Shown piece after piece: positions 23,281-37,111 of a stretch of 64,000 bases of DNA. The DNA lies in assembly GCA_963823665.1 (NCBI GenBank), contig CAWGMQ010000010.1, forward strand, positions 960,001 through 1,024,000. Reading direction: 5' to 3'. The notes under the pieces are model-generated. The model searched no databases, was not told where the DNA came from, and was given only the letters and a program-made list of their open reading frames with translations. The stretch comes from an uncultured Planctomycetota bacterium. GTDB lineage: Bacteria; Planctomycetota; Planctomycetia; Isosphaerales; Isosphaeraceae. Made by a program: the position numbers and the translations under genes. Each line of letters starts with the position of its first letter. Within the stretch, counting starts at the first letter, position 1.

Positions 23281-24416
23281 ATGGGCGTGGTGTTTTTCTG
23301 CCAGAGCTGTGGCGCTCGATTCGAGGTGGAAGCTCGACTGGCGGGCAAGAAGGGCCGTTGCAAGCACTGCGGTCAGTATATGACGGTCCCCAAGGCAGAG
23401 CACCTGACGTCGATGGGGATGCCGGCCCTGGCCATGGGCGCCGGGGCTGCCGCCGCGGGGGTTGCCGTGCCCAGGCCCAGCTCGCTCGCCAAGGCCGATC
23501 CCATGGTCGGCCCGGGCCGCCGCACGGCCCGCTCGATGAACGATTGGTTGAACGCCAGCATGAGCAAGATCGGCCTGGCGCCCCTCTCGGCTCCGGCCAT
23601 TCCCAAGCGACCGATCCTGCCTTCGGCGCTCGATGACGCGGCAGACTCGAAGCCGTACAGCTCGAAAAGCCCGACCGCCGCGACGCCCGGCACAAGGGCG
23701 GCGGGCCTCCCAACGTGGTGCTCGCCGCCTGGCGGCATGAAGTCGGCGTCGTCCAGCGGATCTTTCGCTGGTTGAATGAAAGCGCTTACCTCGTCTCTAT
23801 TCCATTCATCATCATCCTGCTTTTCGGTATCGCGGTGAAAGCCAACGCGATCGCCATCTTCGGCGCCGCGTTCGTGGTGCTGCTCAACATCGGCAGGATC
23901 GTCGCCGGAGTCGCCAACCTGGCGGTCATTCCCCTGCGCGACGGGTTCAACGTGCGGAAGTACAAGAAACCGCTCCGCCGGGTGATCGAGCCGGTCGTGA
24001 CGATTGCGGTCGTGGTGCTCGCGTTCACGTTCATCCCCTGGCTTTCGAAAGGCAAGGCCAGCACGGGATCGATCTCGCAGCGGATCCGCGCGACGGCCGA
24101 AGAGCTCGAGCGTGATATCAAGGGCGAGGTCGACAAGGTGTCGGAAAAGGCCAAGGACTTGAACATCGACAAGCTCGGCGCCCAGGCGAAAGACAAATTC
24201 GATCGCGTGGTCGAGAAAGCCAAGAACATCGATCTCAACAAGCTCGGCACGCAAGCCGAGGAGAGTGGGCCCGGATCTTCGTCCGGCGACCCAAAGGCCA
24301 AGCCGGCGCCGGAGGGCGCCGGCGCTGGGCAGCCGCAGTCTACGCAGGTGCGCGACCTGCTCAAGGACGTCCAGCGCGGCCGCGAGGCGCTCAAGGAGCT
24401 TCAGAAGGACCAGTGA
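23281..24416 (+). CDS. Zinc-ribbon (CxxC...CxxC) membrane protein; frameshift at ~23658
   Basis: FCQSCGARFEV..LAGKKGRCKHCG N-terminus, transmembrane helices and a helical repeat tail in the second frame. RBS-like gaggaagg upstream. Confidence 0.7.
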
Positions 24417-24480
24417 CGGGTTGGCTTGAACGAGAGATCGGAGACGATTTCGCTGATTTAATTCAGGTAGAGACCGCCTC

Positions 24481-26188
24481 ATGTCCACATCCACCGCCGA
24501 CGAAGAGCTCGATGCCGAGGTGATCGATCTCGAGCCCACCGCACACATCACGGCCGAGCCCTGGGCGAGCAGGGCGGCTTCATCCAGCTTCGCGCAAGAC
24601 CCTGTGATGGCCGCGGGCGAGGCGGGGCCACGCCAGCTTGGCCGGAGAGATCTCGCACGATTCTGCGCCCGAGGCTTGCCGCGGCTTCGCTGCTTGCTCA
24701 CTGTCGCGTACGCGGTCTTGCTGATCTGGCATCTCTTCGTTGGGGCAGGACACAGCCCGTTCAACTGGGCGCTCCTGCTCGCTGCGCTTCGTCCTTCCGG
24801 CCGCTGTCGCGGGCTTGATCCTGAGCCCCATCGAGTTCTCGACTACCGGGCTGCGGCGGCTCGAATACGTGCTCTTCGGCGGTCTGACCGTACTGCTCGT
24901 CATTTCCCAGTACAACATCAATCTCGCGCTCATGCAGCGTGATGAATATCCGGCGATGGTCGCGTTCGTCAAGAACGGCGTCATTCAGATGGTCGTCCTG
25001 ATGTTCCTGTATGGAACGTTCATTCCCAACCGCCCAAGGACGGTGGCCTGGGTCGTGCTGGCCATGGCGCTGGCGCCCTTGTTCACGCTCGCCCTCTTGA
25101 CCGAGCACCCCGATGCGGACGAGGCGATCCAACATTTCAGGTCGGCAGAGCAGACCGGCACGAACGCTCTTTTTCTCTTCATTGCCGCCGGGATGTCGAT
25201 CTACGGCTCGATGGTGCTCTCCGGCCTGCGGGCCGAGCTGCATGTCGCTCGCAAGTTCGGCCAGTACCAGCTCGTGCGCAAGCTGGGCGAAGGCGGGATG
25301 GGCGATGTCTACCTCGCCGAGCACAGTCTGCTCAAGCGCCCCTGCGCCCTCAAGTTGATCAAGCCCGAGGCGGGGTCCGACCCGGTCGCCATGGCGCGAT
25401 TCGAGCGCGAAGTGCAGTCGGCAGCTCGGCTTGCTCACCCCAACACGATCGAAATCTTCGATTATGGCCTCACCGGCGACGGCACGTTCTATTATGTGAT
25501 GGAATACCTTCAGGGCCAGAGCCTGGGCGACCTGGTGCGCAGCCACGGCCCGTTGCCCGCCGGACGTGTCATTTACCTGATGCGCCAGGTGTGCGCCGGG
25601 CTGGCCGAGGCGCACGGCATCGGGCTGGTGCACCGTGATCTGAAACCCCAGAACGTCTTCGTGGCGGTGCGCGGGGGAGAATCCGACGTGTCCAAGGTGC
25701 TCGACTTCGGGCTGGTCAAGCTCACGAGCGACCCGGGCGCCGCCAATCTCACGAGCGACATGACCGTCAGCGGCACGCCGATGTTCATGGCACCCGAGCA
25801 AACGGTGGGCGACCGCTCGCTCGATGCCCGGGCCGATATCTACGCCTTGGGTGCCGTGATGTACCACGCGCTCACCGGGCAGCCTCCATTCGTGGGTGAG
25901 AATGCCTTCGCCATCATGATGGCACATTCGCGAGATCCGGTCGTGCCACCCTCGCAGCTCAACCCGGACGTACCGGCGGATCTCGAGCAGGTGGTCCTCC
26001 GCTGCCTGGCCAAGAAGCCCGAAGATCGATATCCCAGCGCCAAGGCGCTGGGCCAGGCCCTCGCGTCCTGCGCCGCCGCCTCCGACTGGGGAGCCAACCG
26101 CGCGGAGGCCTGGTGGGCCGCCGAGGGTTTGTTCGTCCAGCCCGAGGATGCACCGTCGGAACCGGCACCGGCCGAGGTGAAGACTTGA
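24481..26188 (+). CDS. Membrane-bound Ser/Thr protein kinase (N-terminal transmembrane domain); frameshift at ~24780
   Basis: LGEGGMGDVY, ALKLI, HRDLKPQN, KVLDFGLVK, GTPMFMAPEQ, DIYALG motifs, with multiple transmembrane segments upstream. Confidence 0.9.
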
Positions 26189-26234
26189 CTGCGTCGTTTC
26201 CAATCGCCGAGTCCAATCCTGGGAGAGAACTTCA

Positions 26235-27314
26235 ATGCCAACTCGACCCGCCAGCCGGATCGGACGCCGCACTGGCCCTTCTGACGATAGCGGCCTGCAT
26301 CGCCTTTTCGAGTGGATGGGTGGGTTTCCGGTCTGCCCGATCCGCGCCGGTTGCCGGGCCGGAACCGTCGACGCAAGAGCCGCCGCCCGCCGCCAAGCTA
26401 CGACGCCGGCCGCAGCCCCGGCGCCCCAGTCCGCTCAAGAAAAGGAAATCCGGGCGTTTGATGAACTATACGGGAGGGATTTCAACAGCGCGAACGCCAA
26501 GGCCCTGGCCGCCCGGTTCACCGAGGATGCCGAGGTGATCGAGGCGGATGGCCTGCAATACGAGGGCCGGACGCTGATCGAAGAGCGGTTGGTCGAGACC
26601 TTCGCCGCGAGCCCGGGCGCAAAGATGGCGATCGAAGTCGAATCGATCCGATTGCTCAGCCCGGACGTCGCCAAGGAAGAGGGCCATACGATCGTCACGG
26701 CCTCGAGCGGCGGCCCGGCGACCCACCGCCGATACACCGCGCTGCTCGTCAAACGCGACGGAAACTGGTTGCTCTCCAGCGTGCGCGAGGAAACCGATCC
26801 GACGATCAGCCCGCATGACCGGCTCCAGCCGCTGTCGTGGATGCTCGGCGATTGGATCGACGAGGGAGCCGACTCGGTCATCCGGGTGAACTGCCGCTGG
26901 TCCGAAGACGGCAACTTCCTCTTTCGGAACTTCACCGTGAAGCATCAAGGCAAGGACGTGATGACAGTCAATCAGCGCATCGGCTGGGACCCGGTGACGC
27001 GGCAGATCCGATCGTGGGAATTCGATTCGCAAGGGGGCTTCGGCGAGGGAAAGTGGGGCGGTGAGGGCGGCCGCTGGGTCATCAAGCATACGGCCACCCG
27101 CCCCGATGGCACGACCGTCACGGCGACTAATACGATGATCAGGGATGGCGCTCACCTGGTTCGCTGGACCTCGACCGACCGCTTCATCGGCCACGAGCCG
27201 ATCCCCGACGAGCTAGCCTACGCGTTTGTCCGGGTTCCGGCACCGCCGGGCGGACCAGCGAATACCCCGGCGACGCTAGCCGTCCCCGACCAGAATCAGA
27301 GGAGCCCACGATGA
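26235..27314 (+). CDS. Secreted NTF2/SnoaL-like (DUF4440-type) domain protein; N-terminus probably frameshifted
   Basis: ALAARFTEDA...EGR..I, IRLLSPDVA.EEG, YTALLVKRDGNW, LSWMLGDW, QRIGWDP..QIRSW. A signal-like segment LALLTIAACIAF lies in an adjacent frame. Confidence 0.75.
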   Translation: MPTRPASRIGRRTGPSDDSGLHRLFEWMGGFPVCPIRAGCRAGTVDARAAARRQATTPAAAPAPQSAQEKEIRAFDELYGRDFNSANAKALAARFTEDAEVIEADGLQYEGRTLIEERLVETFAASPGAKMAIEVESIRLLSPDVAKEEGHTIVTASSGGPATHRRYTALLVKRDGNWLLSSVREETDPTISPHDRLQPLSWMLGDWIDEGADSVIRVNCRWSEDGNFLFRNFTVKHQGKDVMTVNQRIGWDPVTRQIRSWEFDSQGGFGEGKWGGEGGRWVIKHTATRPDGTTVTATNTMIRDGAHLVRWTSTDRFIGHEPIPDELAYAFVRVPAPPGGPANTPATLAVPDQNQRSPR

Positions 27315-29036
27315 CTGCGCAAGATCTTGAGCGTCGCGCTCGGCGCGACCATGTCGATGGCGTTCGCATGCGGAGCACTGTTCGCCCACGGCGGCGGCGG
27401 CGGCGGCTTCCGCGGCGGCGGCGGCGGTTTTGGTGGCGGCGGCTTCCGCGGCGGCTACGGCGGCGGTGGTTATGGAGGATTCCGTGGCGGCTATGGCGGC
27501 GGGTACGGCGGAGTCCGCGGCGGCTACGGCGGCTACGGAGGCTACGGAGGAGTCGCGCGCACGCCGACTTTCGGCAACTACGGGCATTATGGCGGCAACT
27601 ATGGCGGCGGGATCTCGTATGGTGCCCGCACCGGGTCGTACACGACTAATCGCGGCACAAGCATCAACTATGGCGCCGCGGGCATCGGGGGCCGGGGCCC
27701 GGCCGGGGGCGTGGCGGGTCGCGGGGTCGCCGGCGCAAGAGTGACCGGGGCCGGAGGCCGCAGTTTCACCGATGTCGGCCGCGCCGGCGGAGCTATCGGC
27801 CCGCGTGGCAATGCCGTGGGCGGCCGATCGAATCTCGCCGTGGCCTCCGGAACCCGCGGCACAGCCGTCGCCGGCCATTCGGCATGGGGGGCCTCCGGCG
27901 GCAGGCCTTACGGATTCAACGCCTATGGCGGCTATCACTCCGGGTGGGTTCACGGCTACTGGAATGGGCACAACAGCGCAGCCTGGGGCTGGCGCAACCC
28001 ATACTGGGGAGGCTACGGCGGCTGGGGCTGGGGAATGGGTTGGGGCCTAGGCATGGGCTTGGGGTATGGCTTGGGCTGGGGGCTCTCATCCTGGGGCTTC
28101 GGCTCCGCGCTCTACGGAATGGGCTACATGCCGTATAACAACATCTATTATGTCGATAATTCCGTCGTAGGCGCGCCTTACGACTATTCGCAGCCGATCG
28201 ACACGGTCAGTGCCCCTGCGGATGAAGCCGTGGCTGACCCGGCGATGGCCCTCTTCGACGCCGGCCGGCAGTCATTCCACGACGGCGACTACGCCGGAGC
28301 CCTGCAGCAGACCGACCAGGCTCTGGCGAAACTACCAACTGACACGACCCTGCACGAATTCCGCGGATTGTGCCTCTTCGCGCTCGGGCGCTACGACGAG
28401 GCCGCGGCTACTCTCTACGCCGTGCTCTCGGTCGGCCCGGGTTGGGACTGGACCACGTTGATCAGCCTTTATCCGAATGTCGAGACCTACACAACCCAGC
28501 TTCGAGCACTCGAAGACTACGTCAAAGCCCAGCCGCAGGCAGCCAGCGCCCGGTTTGTGCTCGCTTACCACTACCTCACCGAGGGTTTCACCGACGCGGC
28601 CGTGCGCATGCTCAAACAGGTCGCGACACTCAAGCCTGGCGACGCGCTCACGGCCAAGCTGGTCAAACAGCTCGATCAGCCGGCGGAAACGCAGGCGCCC
28701 GCAGCGGCGCCCGTCGCGGCGCCCGCCGGCCCAGACGACACGACGCCGCCCCAGGGTGCGACGATCGAAGGCAACTGGACGGCGCGACCCGTCGAGGGCA
28801 CGACGATTGAGCTGGCGATCAAGCCCGGCGACACGTTCGACTGGACCGTGACGCAAAAGGGAAAAATGCAGCACTTCGCCGGAACCTCCACGTACGGTAA
28901 CGGGATCCTGACGCTTGCCCAGGACAAGGGCGGACCGGTCCTGGTCGGTCGAGTGAGCTGGCAAGGCCCAAGCGAAATGACGTTCCGGATCGTCGGCGAT
29001 GGACCGGATGATCCGGGCTTGAAGTTCGCAAAATGA
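27311..29036 (+). CDS. Secreted Gly/Tyr/Trp-rich low-complexity protein with TPR domain; one extra base near the start
   Basis: ATG overlaps the previous stop (ATGA). Removing one base gives the signal peptide MLRKILSVALGATMSMAFACGALFA. RGG/YGG tract, then TPR (GDYAGAL...LHEFRGLCLFALGRYDEAAA). Confidence 0.8.
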
Positions 29037-29083
29037 TCTGACCCGCGCCGGAGTACCCACCGTCGGCCCGAATCGTGGATAAT

Positions 29084-29111
29084 CTCGTCCCCGCGCTCCG
29101 CGTGTGAACGC
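29084..29111. repeat. Degenerate REP-like palindrome between convergent genes
   Basis: ctcgtccccgcgctccgcgtgtgaacgc is an imperfect hairpin resembling the TCGTTCCCACGCTCCGCGTGGGAAC type of REP (recalled, not searched). Confidence 0.35.
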
Positions 29112-29160
29112 TTTGCGGCGCGCTCACGTTGATGTCCAGAAGTGGTTGCGCACCGACTCC

Positions 29161-31039
29161 TCAATGTTCAACCAGCAGATCAGGCCGAGCTTGCTTGAGC
29201 GCCTGAATTCCCCCCTCCGTTACTCGCGTTCCGCTCAAAACCACGAACTTCAGACTGCGGATGGTCTTGAGGGCGTCGAGCCCGCGATCGGTGATCACGG
29301 TTCCTTCGAGATTCATCGAAAAGATGTTCGACAAGCCTCTGAAGTGCTCGAGCCCGGCGTCGGTGATTCGTGTGTTCTGAAGATGGATGCCGGTGATCAG
29401 CTCGATCTGCTTGAGGTGCGGAACGAGTTTTGTGATTACGTCGTCTCCCGCTGCTTTATCGGCAAGCTGGACGTAGATTTGATCCACGCCGCCACCAGCT
29501 CCGGCACGAATCGCCGTTCCCCCCAGTTCTTCGATCTTTTGGAACACGCTGGGCTCGTCGGCCAACAGCGTCGGTCGGGACTCGTCGGCATCGAAGCCCG
29601 CAGGCACCTTGAGCTCGGGACGCTCGAGGGCCTTGCCTGCCAGCAATGTTTCGATTTCCTTGCCCAGCGCACCCCTCAATTCTTCACCCGTTCCAGTGTG
29701 AGCGGCTTGCACGATGCCCTTGCCATCGAGCAGCACGATCGCCGGCAGTCCGGCAACCTGAAGAATCTCGACGATCGCCCCTCTTGGATCAACAGCGATC
29801 ATGCAGCCGCGTGAGTCCTCAATTCCGACCCTCTTTTCCGCGAGGGCGTGCCTGGCACGAGCGGCCGACTCCTTGATATTCTCCGGATCTTCATCCACGT
29901 TCAGCGCAATAAGCACGACTTTATCGTCCGGGCTCGCGGCCTGGATGATCTTCCGGACCTCTCGCAGCTCGTCGAAACATGGTTCGTGGTGGATTGACCA
30001 GTACGCGATGGCGATGACCTTGCCGGTCAGGTCGGCTTTCGAGACCTTGCGGCTCGAACCCGCCTCGTCGACGACGTTCAATGTGAAGTCGGGGACCGGC
30101 GTGCCCAGGAGGGGTACGAGCGGTTGAGCCCACATTTCCCTGGCGAGCAGCACCGCGCGTTTGAAGTTGCCGACTTGTTTGAAATCCTTGGGCGGCCGGT
30201 AACTGAACACCTCCGCCGGAGCGGCTTTGGTCTCGATGTTCGTAGCGTTCCATGACCTTTCTACGATCCAGCGCCTCGGCCAGTCCTCCGCGTCCGGCCG
30301 TGCGAGGTCCTCGGGGGGATTCGGATAGATCTCCTGGATTCGCTTGACTAGCTTCGTGTCTGATTCGATGAGGACGCGCAGCTTGCTTTCTCCGCCGCGC
30401 TCGACGACCAGCGAACGGAGCGCCTTCCCATCGACTCTCTGATCCGGTTCGATGATGAATCGTGCGCCGGGTTCCAAAGAACCCGTGCGGCTGAGCCTCG
30501 CCGGAAAGTAAGGCCATGATGAAGGCGAAGTGCAGCTCATCGCCCGACAGCGCGGCCATTCGCGTTAGCTCGTCCATCCGGCGAGTGAAGGTTGAGAGGG
30601 TGATGGCCTCGGGCGCCTTGATCGAGACGTAACGGCCGAACGGCAGCCACGCGATCGACAGCCGTTGGCCGTCACAGCCAAGCTCCGTCATCGCCGAGCG
30701 CAATAGCAGTTGATTCGGCCGCGAGAACGCCAGGCTCACGGGCGACGTCTTGACACGCTGCCTGCCGCGGTAACTCGTCACGTCGGAAAACTGCCCTGTG
30801 TCGACGTAGGCAGGGAACGCGCGATAGGATTTGACGACCTCCTCGAAGAGCCCTTTGGCGCGGGCATCATCTACTTCGCGCGGTGGGGCGGCGACTCCTG
30901 CCTGCGCCCACAAGACGATGACGACCGCGGAGAACGCGCTCCCAAGAACGGCACCCGCAGTTTTCACGCAGCAAGTCGAGCCAGCCGCGTATGCTCCTTG
31001 GCGCAACAGCGCTCGGGACGAAGCCTCGTGAAATCCCAT
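29161..31039 (-). CDS. Exported redoxin/thioredoxin-fold protein with N-terminal LolA-like region and C-terminal leucine-rich repeats; frameshift at ~30490
   Basis: Signal-like hydrophobic stretch; PVPDFTL...GKVIAIAYWSIHHEPC (HxxC instead of CxxC); LQNTRITDAGLEH / LEGTVITDRGL leucine-rich repeats. Confidence 0.7.
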
Positions 31040-31184
31040 CGGGGCCTCCTCGAACCGTGGATTGTTGTTGTTTCGCCAGTCTCAGCCTTGTCGCGGGCAT
31101 CAACGTGTGTCAAGCGTCGAGTGTCTTTCAGCCATAACTGAAACCCTGAAGTTCACAAGCGACGATTCGTTGACGTGGCGGACC

Positions 31185-31469
31185 GTGAGATCAGGTCGAC
31201 TCGAGCTGGATGCACCGCCTGACTGGCCGGAAGGTACCGAGGTGCTGATCGTACCCATGAATCGCCGGGGCGAAAAGATCGGAATCGATGAATCCGAGTG
31301 GAGCGACGACCCCGCCAGTCTCGCCGATTGGGAAGCCTGGATCCACACGATCGAGCCGCTGGAATTCACGTCTGAAGAATCCGAGCGGGCCGCCGAGTTC
31401 GACAACGTGATGCGCCTGTACAACTTCGACGCCGTCCGGCGCCAGATGCAAGAAGAGACCCTCGGATGA
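31185..31469 (+). CDS. Putative antitoxin of a VapBC-type module (start uncertain)
   Basis: VRSGRLELDAPPDWPEGTEVLIVP N-terminal pattern and an acidic C-terminus. The stop overlaps (ATGA) a PIN-like start. Confidence 0.5.
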   Translation: MRSGRLELDAPPDWPEGTEVLIVPMNRRGEKIGIDESEWSDDPASLADWEAWIHTIEPLEFTSEESERAAEFDNVMRLYNFDAVRRQMQEETLG

Positions 31470-31546
31470 GTCGTTTCTTGCTGGACACGGAGATCGCGCG
31501 TTCCTGTGTTGATCGACCTGGGACATTCTGTTCGAATGTCGGCTGA
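31466..31546 (+). pseudogene. Truncated PIN-domain (VapC-like) toxin remnant
   Basis: Reads MSRFLLDTEIA... (PIN N-terminal LLDT motif) but stops after 26 aa. The next gene starts only 80 bp later. Confidence 0.5.
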
Positions 31547-31625
31547 TCTCACCGGATGGAACGACCGAGCGGTTCGGTCGCGACGCGCCCGGGAAATCCC
31601 GGCTCGACAACAGGGAGAACAGCTC

Positions 31626-31844
31626 ATGCCCCTCGTCCAGGTCAAACTCATCGAAGGCGTATTCTCCGACGCGCAGAAGCAGGAGATGATTCGGAAGCTC
31701 ACCGACGCGATGGTCTCCATCGAGGGCGAAAAGATGCGCGACATGACCTGGGTGGTGGTTGAGGAAGTCAAGAGCGGGTGCTGGGGTATCGGCGGAAAGG
31801 CCCTGACGACGGGTGATATCAAGGCCTTGGCGGGAGGTGGATGA
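31626..31844 (+). CDS. 4-oxalocrotonate tautomerase family protein
   Basis: N-terminal Pro (MPLVQVKLIEG), QKQEMIRKLTDA, VVVEEV..WGIGG. RBS gggag. Confidence 0.85.
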   Translation: MPLVQVKLIEGVFSDAQKQEMIRKLTDAMVSIEGEKMRDMTWVVVEEVKSGCWGIGGKALTTGDIKALAGGG

Positions 31845-32036
31845 CCCGAGATCCAAGCAACAGAAACGACGAATTGAACCACGAAATACACGAACGACAC
31901 GAAAAAGACTCAGCGGACAGATGATCTGGGTCCCCAGTCGTCCGCACACTGACGTCTTGGGTGCGGGCCCGCGCTCGATTAGACTGTCACCACTTCTTGA
32001 GAACGGCCTACTACGAGCGAAGCGAGGTTCTTGCCG

Positions 32037-34734
<2,698 letters not shown>

Positions 34735-35046
34735 TCGAAGTCGCTCCGTTTTTGGTTCTGGCCCTTTATCTTTTGACTTGAACCTTCTATACTTGTTTTC
34801 ACGAGTCCGGATGTCATTGGGGCCAGCTTCTAATTGCCCCGCTCGTGGGCCTTGGCCTCATCCGTCTGCGGTTTCTCGTTCTGACCAGTACGATCAACCC
34901 GTGTATGGGTTTTGTGGGCTTCGCCTCGAAACGACGTCCGCCGAGTTACGGCGGAGTGAATGCGGGCGCATGGCTGCGCCGATCGCTCGCCGAACTCTGT
35001 CGAGAGGCAGACCACTATTCGTTTCCTGGTCGCAGGTACACGCTGA

Positions 35047-37019
35047 ATGTCCCGTACATTGTCCGAGCCGAAATCCGAAGCACGTTTTGAAGACTTGAAC
35101 CTGAGCGGTCCGATCATCGAGGCGATCAAAAGCGCCGGCTACGAGACGGCGACGCCAATTCAGGCCCGAGCGATCCCAGTTTTGCTTGCCGGGCGAGATC
35201 TGCTCGGCCAGGCGCAGACCGGTACCGGGAAGACCGCTGCGTTCGCTTTCCCGATGCTCCAGAAGATTGATCTGGATCAAGCGATACCGCAGGTACTCGT
35301 CCTCACGCCGACCCGCGAGCTGGCGATCCAGGTTGCGGATGCATTCCGGCGCTATGCGGCAAACCTGGTGGGATTGCGGGTTGTACCGATCTATGGCGGC
35401 CAGGATTACCGACTTCAGTTCCGGCAGCTCGATCGTGGCGTTCATGTCGTGGTTGGTACTCCGGGCCGGGTCATGGACCACATGAATCGCGGCTCGCTCA
35501 AGCTGGACGGCCTGCGCGGGCTGGTTCTGGATGAAGCGGACGAGATGCTTCAAATGGGCTTCGCAGAAGACGTGGAGTGGGTGCTCTCCCGGGCTCCCGC
35601 ACAGCGTCAGGTCGCCCTTTTCTCGGCCACGATGCCGGATCCCATCCGCCGCCTGGCCAAGCGCCATTTGCGAAATCCCGCCGAGATCACGATCACGCAG
35701 AAGTCTGCCACGCCCGACGCCTTGCGCCAACGATTTGTGGCGGTCGAGCCACACCAGAAGAGAGACGTCCTCGCCAGAATCCTCAAGAGCGAGCCGATCG
35801 ACGCGGTGCTCGTATTCGTGAACACGAAGGGCGCAACGGAACCGCTGGCAGACTATCTGTCGGTCCAGGGGCACCGCGCGGCCGCGTTGAGCGGTGACGT
35901 GCCGCAGAGCGGGCGAGAGCGAATCGTCGAAGCGCTTCGCGCCGGTAAGCTCGACGTGATCGTCGCCACCGACGTCGCGGCCCGCGGGTTGGACGTTCAG
36001 CGAATCAGCCACGTCATCAATTTCGATCTTCCGCTGGACACCGAGAGCTACATCCACCGCATCGGGCGAACCGGGCGCGCCAGCCGCACTGGTAATGCGA
36101 TTTTGTTTGTCCACCCGCGCGGGCGGCACATGCTGAGGCGCATCGAGCAGGCGACCGCGCGCTCGATCGGGCCAATGGAAATTCCGACGATCGAGGACAT
36201 CAACCGGCAGACGATCGCACGTTTTCACGATCGGATCACGGCCGGCCTGGCGCGAACTGACCTCGCGGATTTCTCAAACGTGGTGGAGAGCTATCACCGA
36301 GAGCACGGTGCGCCGATCGAACGCATCGCAGCGGTGCTGGCGGCCCTCGCCCAGGGCGATTCGCCGCTACTACTCTCCGAAGAGCGGCCAGAGCCTGGCT
36401 TCGACGAGAATTGCGATCTTGATCCTCGTCGCTCGAATTCGCACGCGGGCATTTCTGGCGAACACCGGCGAGCGGGCAAGGACGGCACGGCGCTCGGCGA
36501 ACAAACAATACGCGCGGGTCAGAGCCAACGGAAAAGTACCGGATCGAGGTCGGCCACGTCCACAACGTCAAGCCGACCAATATCGTCGGCGCGATTGCCA
36601 ATGAGACCGGCCTCCACAGTCGCTTCATCGGGCGGATCGAGATCTTCGATGCGCACAGCACGGTCGACCTGCTGACGGGCATGCCGCCGGCGATGTTTCA
36701 AAAGCTCAAAAACGTCAAGATTTCAGGGCGAAGGCTTGACATCTCGCGAGTGGATCATCCGTCCGATTCCCAAGAGCGGCCCGGGCCCGAAGTCAGTGAT
36801 GTGGCTGCTTCCGCTGAATTGCCCGTCCAAAAAACAATCGATGCGCGGCCGGCGGACGAGCGACCTTTCCAGAAGAATCATCGCATGCGTACGTCGAGCG
36901 AGATTGGGACAGCGAGCCGGAATTTCAGACGCAAGCCGAAATCGGGCGCAGTCCACTCGTTCGGAAAGAAAACCACGAAAAGACGGAAGGTGAAGCTCGG
37001 CTTGCGGAGCTCGAGATAA
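35047..37019 (+). CDS. deaD: DEAD-box RNA helicase DeaD/CsdA with DbpA-type RNA-binding domain; frameshift at ~36500-36530
   Basis: Q motif TPIQA, AQTGTGKT, PTRELA, TPGR, DEAD, SAT, ARGLD, HRIGRTGR. The second frame has YRIEVGH.HNVKP.NIVGAIANE. Confidence 0.85.
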
Positions 37020-37111
37020 CTTCCGGCGACGGCACGGCGAGTGACTACATTTCTCCCGATCCTGCGCCAGGCTCGCACTCAGCGGAGGAGTGGTGTGGGG
37101 GGGAGGAGCGA

